Assembly: GCA_013239625.1 (NCBI GenBank)
Contig: MU054391.1
Span: forward strand, 8,899,095 to 8,963,094
Origin: Lama guanicoe
Lineage: Eukaryota
Direction: 5' to 3'
DNA length: 64,000 bases
Under the pieces are notes generated by a model. That model worked only from the letters and a program-made list of their open reading frames with translations. It did not search any database and was not told the origin of the DNA. A program made the translations under genes and the position numbers. Each line of letters opens with the position of its first letter. The stretch's first letter is position 1. Below, piece after piece: positions 61,231 through 64,000 of this stretch.

Positions 61231-64000
61231 ATATTTAGGTAATATTTACCTTTGCCCTTCCCAAAGCGGGAGCGATTTGTGGTGTAAAAATCTGTGTTTT
61301 GAGTTTGATACTTCCCTCATCCTCCGTGAACTGGGTCAAAGGTTCTTGAGAAAATAACACATCACAACAGTTCATTTCCATTCACTGATGATGGAATCAG
61401 ACAATTTCATATTTTATGTTAACCTGCAGTGTTGTTAGCCCCATCTGTATTTGGGGATTATACTCAGAGTATGAGAACTAAGGTGTCTTGCAGATACCAT
61501 GTTCAAAGCCTTCCTTATGGATGTGTTGGTTGAAGCCCAGAGAGGGTGAGCAGTTGCTTGGAGTCACCAGCCTGCTCTCGGTTGAACCAGGGCACCAATG
61601 CTCAGGCCTCTTCACAGCTCCTTCTGCCTCACAGCTCACCAGACCTGTGTCCACTGTGGTTTTAGAAAGGGGGAGAGGACAGCTGCGGCGGGCGTGAGTT
61701 TACACCTGCACTTCCTTAGGGACTGGAAGGCAAGTCCTACACTTCTCAGTTTGCCTAGCGTCCCCTGCGGTACTTGTCTGGGATTCATTCTTACATTCTC
61801 TATAGGGTGGTTTCCAGGATGGGACTTTGTACCACAGAAAGAGAGCTCTGCCCCCAGCTAGCTGCTGACGTCAGGACAAGCCATTTAAACGATGTACCCG
61901 GGCTGAAACCCAGGATCCGCACCTGTGGTTTTCTGCAAGGCTTAAATGCAGTAATTTACATGCGGCATATGGGATAAGGTCTGATAATGGCAGATGCCAA
62001 CATTTGTTGTTTGACTGAAGGTTTTCAACTTCATCTCCGTCTCCTTTGGAGGAACGACTTGCTCTTAAAATAAGGGGGTTTCTGTTTGCTTGTCTTCTGT
62101 TTTGTTTTTGTAACTAGAAGTGAAAATGTTAAATATTCTCAGAGGCAATGGAGGGAAGGACCTCAGAGGTTGCCCTCTTAAATTCTTCATCCACAGCTGG
62201 TCACGTCCACGCTTAGCAAAGGTCAGAGGGACAGGCAGCCGGCCCCTGGCTGACTGGGAGAGGCTGTCTCCAGATCCGGAGGTAATCAGGAAGAGCGTCT
62301 GACTTTCTGCTCCTGATTGAGGGACATTTTCCATTGGCCGTTGGGGCATTTCAGCAGCCAGGTGAGTTCCTTAAGTGCTTGCTGACAGTCCTTTGATAAC
62401 AGAGACAGGGTCATAATTGTATTGAAAAGTTCCCTGAAAGAGAATTTCTGAAAGGTGTCCCAAAACATCCTGTTTTTATGGCTAATGGGCCGCATTCAGG
62501 GTTTCTTCCAGATGACTGATGGCCTTCTCTGGCATCTGCCTCTCTCCATTCTGATGCTGACAGAAAGAAAGGGAATGTCTTAGAGCCAGACCTGGCCACT
62601 AATGCAGTGTGACTTTGTTCTTCTTACAAAGGAGAAAAGTGCTGTGAAAAACAGGCCCAGCATTTGGAGGGTGTGATTCTCAGGTCTGATTCTTGGCGGC
62701 TGTGAGATCTTAGCATAGGCATATGGTTTAATATCTTTGAAATGCATTGTCCTTTCCTCTTGAATGAGGGTAATTACACAGTTTAGGGTAAGAGGCAGAA
62801 TATGAGCCTTGGCCTCGAGTAGGGAGCAGGTCTGGTTCCTGCCCACAGTCCATACAGCTGGAGTTTGGAAGCAGGCTTGGTGAGTCATCGCTTGTCCAAA
62901 AAGGTACATCACGGTATTCTTAGGGAGGATCAAGTGAGATCAAGTTTTAAATGGCACTAAATAAATGCATCAGTAACCATCAGGTTTTCCCTCCATTATA
63001 CAGTGACATCATGGATTGATAAATTACGTGGTGGGCGAGAGCACAGCACAAAACAGTAAGGGGAGAGTACCGTTTTGATAAATTACTATCCTTTCAGAAG
63101 ACGGAAAACAAAGGTTCTATTCTTAGTGTTACCAAATGCTTTATCAAAGAGTTTCCCTGGAGGTGATCAGCATTTTCTTTTTCTTTCTTTAGCAACAAAG
63201 TGCCTTTCTTCTTGGTATCAGCCAGAGTCACCCTGAAATTCCTAAGAATACTTTCTCCGAATAGCCAGTCATGTTCGCATTATTGAGTGTGTAGGCTCCC
63301 TTACAAAGTTGGATGGAGAAAATTATCTTTAATTGTCCAGGAATAAGGTTTAATGAGGCTCAATTTAAGAGAAAATTTGAAAAGAAGGCGACCCAGTGTT
63401 TTTGGAGAGTTGATAGCCAGAGAGGCAGAAGGCATGGTGATTCTTTTTTCTTGATTTGAGGCTCCTGGGCTGCCTTCATTCCAGGACATGGATGCTGAGA
63501 TTGCTAAGTGCTGTCAGCTGGGTCCCACATTCCAAAAAATGGGGTCATCCTTCCATGATGAACCTGGGATTTCACAAGCAGAAGTATTACCACAGTAGAT
63601 GAACACCGCCAGTCAGATTGTGTAGGGGAAACTCCAGTAAAGACACGGTGTGACCAGAGGGATCTATGACGGTAAGAGACAAGCTGGAGTCCAGTTTAGT
63701 CCATGCTTGGCATTAGCAGAGGGGTTAGCTCTTTGGATCAAGCATGAAACTGGGGTTCTTGAACAACGAAAGAGATAGGGTACAAGTATTAATATTTAGA
63801 GGGGATTATTGGACTTCCTGCTCATAAGGAACTAGGGGTCCAGTGATTTGTAGGGAAAAGTAAAAGTATCATGACTTTATTTGTATTCTCAGTTTGTGGA
63901 GACTATTACGTTGGTTGCTTTAGACTATTCCTATAGATTTGTTTTCAATGATGTCTTATTTCCAGTATAGACATATATTTCTTACTCTCCATCCAAACTT

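Noticed and set aside
1..64000. CRISPR arrays, operons or other prokaryote-type systems
   Set aside because: No regularly spaced repeat-spacer arrays or gene-dense coding sequence. The window is mammalian repeat-rich non-coding DNA.

Overview
Mammalian nuclear DNA, most likely camelid (camel, llama or alpaca). The taxon is inferred from a tRNA-Ala(AGC)-derived Vic-1-type SINE at 33984-34073 and several recent artiodactyl-type L1 3' ends. I can support no protein-coding exon: the ORFs in the track are repeat-derived (L1 ORF2, L2, ERVL dUTPase, CR1) or look like chance ORFs. About 1-38 kb is AT-rich intergenic sequence dense in L1, L2, MIR, LTR and DNA-transposon relics. At ~47.1-47.6 kb there is a CpG-island promoter with three GC boxes spaced 21 bp apart and a strong + strand splice donor after 47382. 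The rest of the window looks like 5' introns of that unidentified + strand gene, with a good 84-nt exon candidate at 58298-58381. The most notable observations are an apparent L1/mRNA-3'-end chimeric retro-insertion, two 5'-inverted L1s, a prematurely polyadenylated L1, a nested hAT-in-hAT insertion and a cluster of Maf/Nrf2 (MARE/ARE) palindromes upstream of the promoter. I found no convincing new biological system. Repeat family names come from recalled consensus sequences, not from a database search, and the boundaries of old repeats are approximate.
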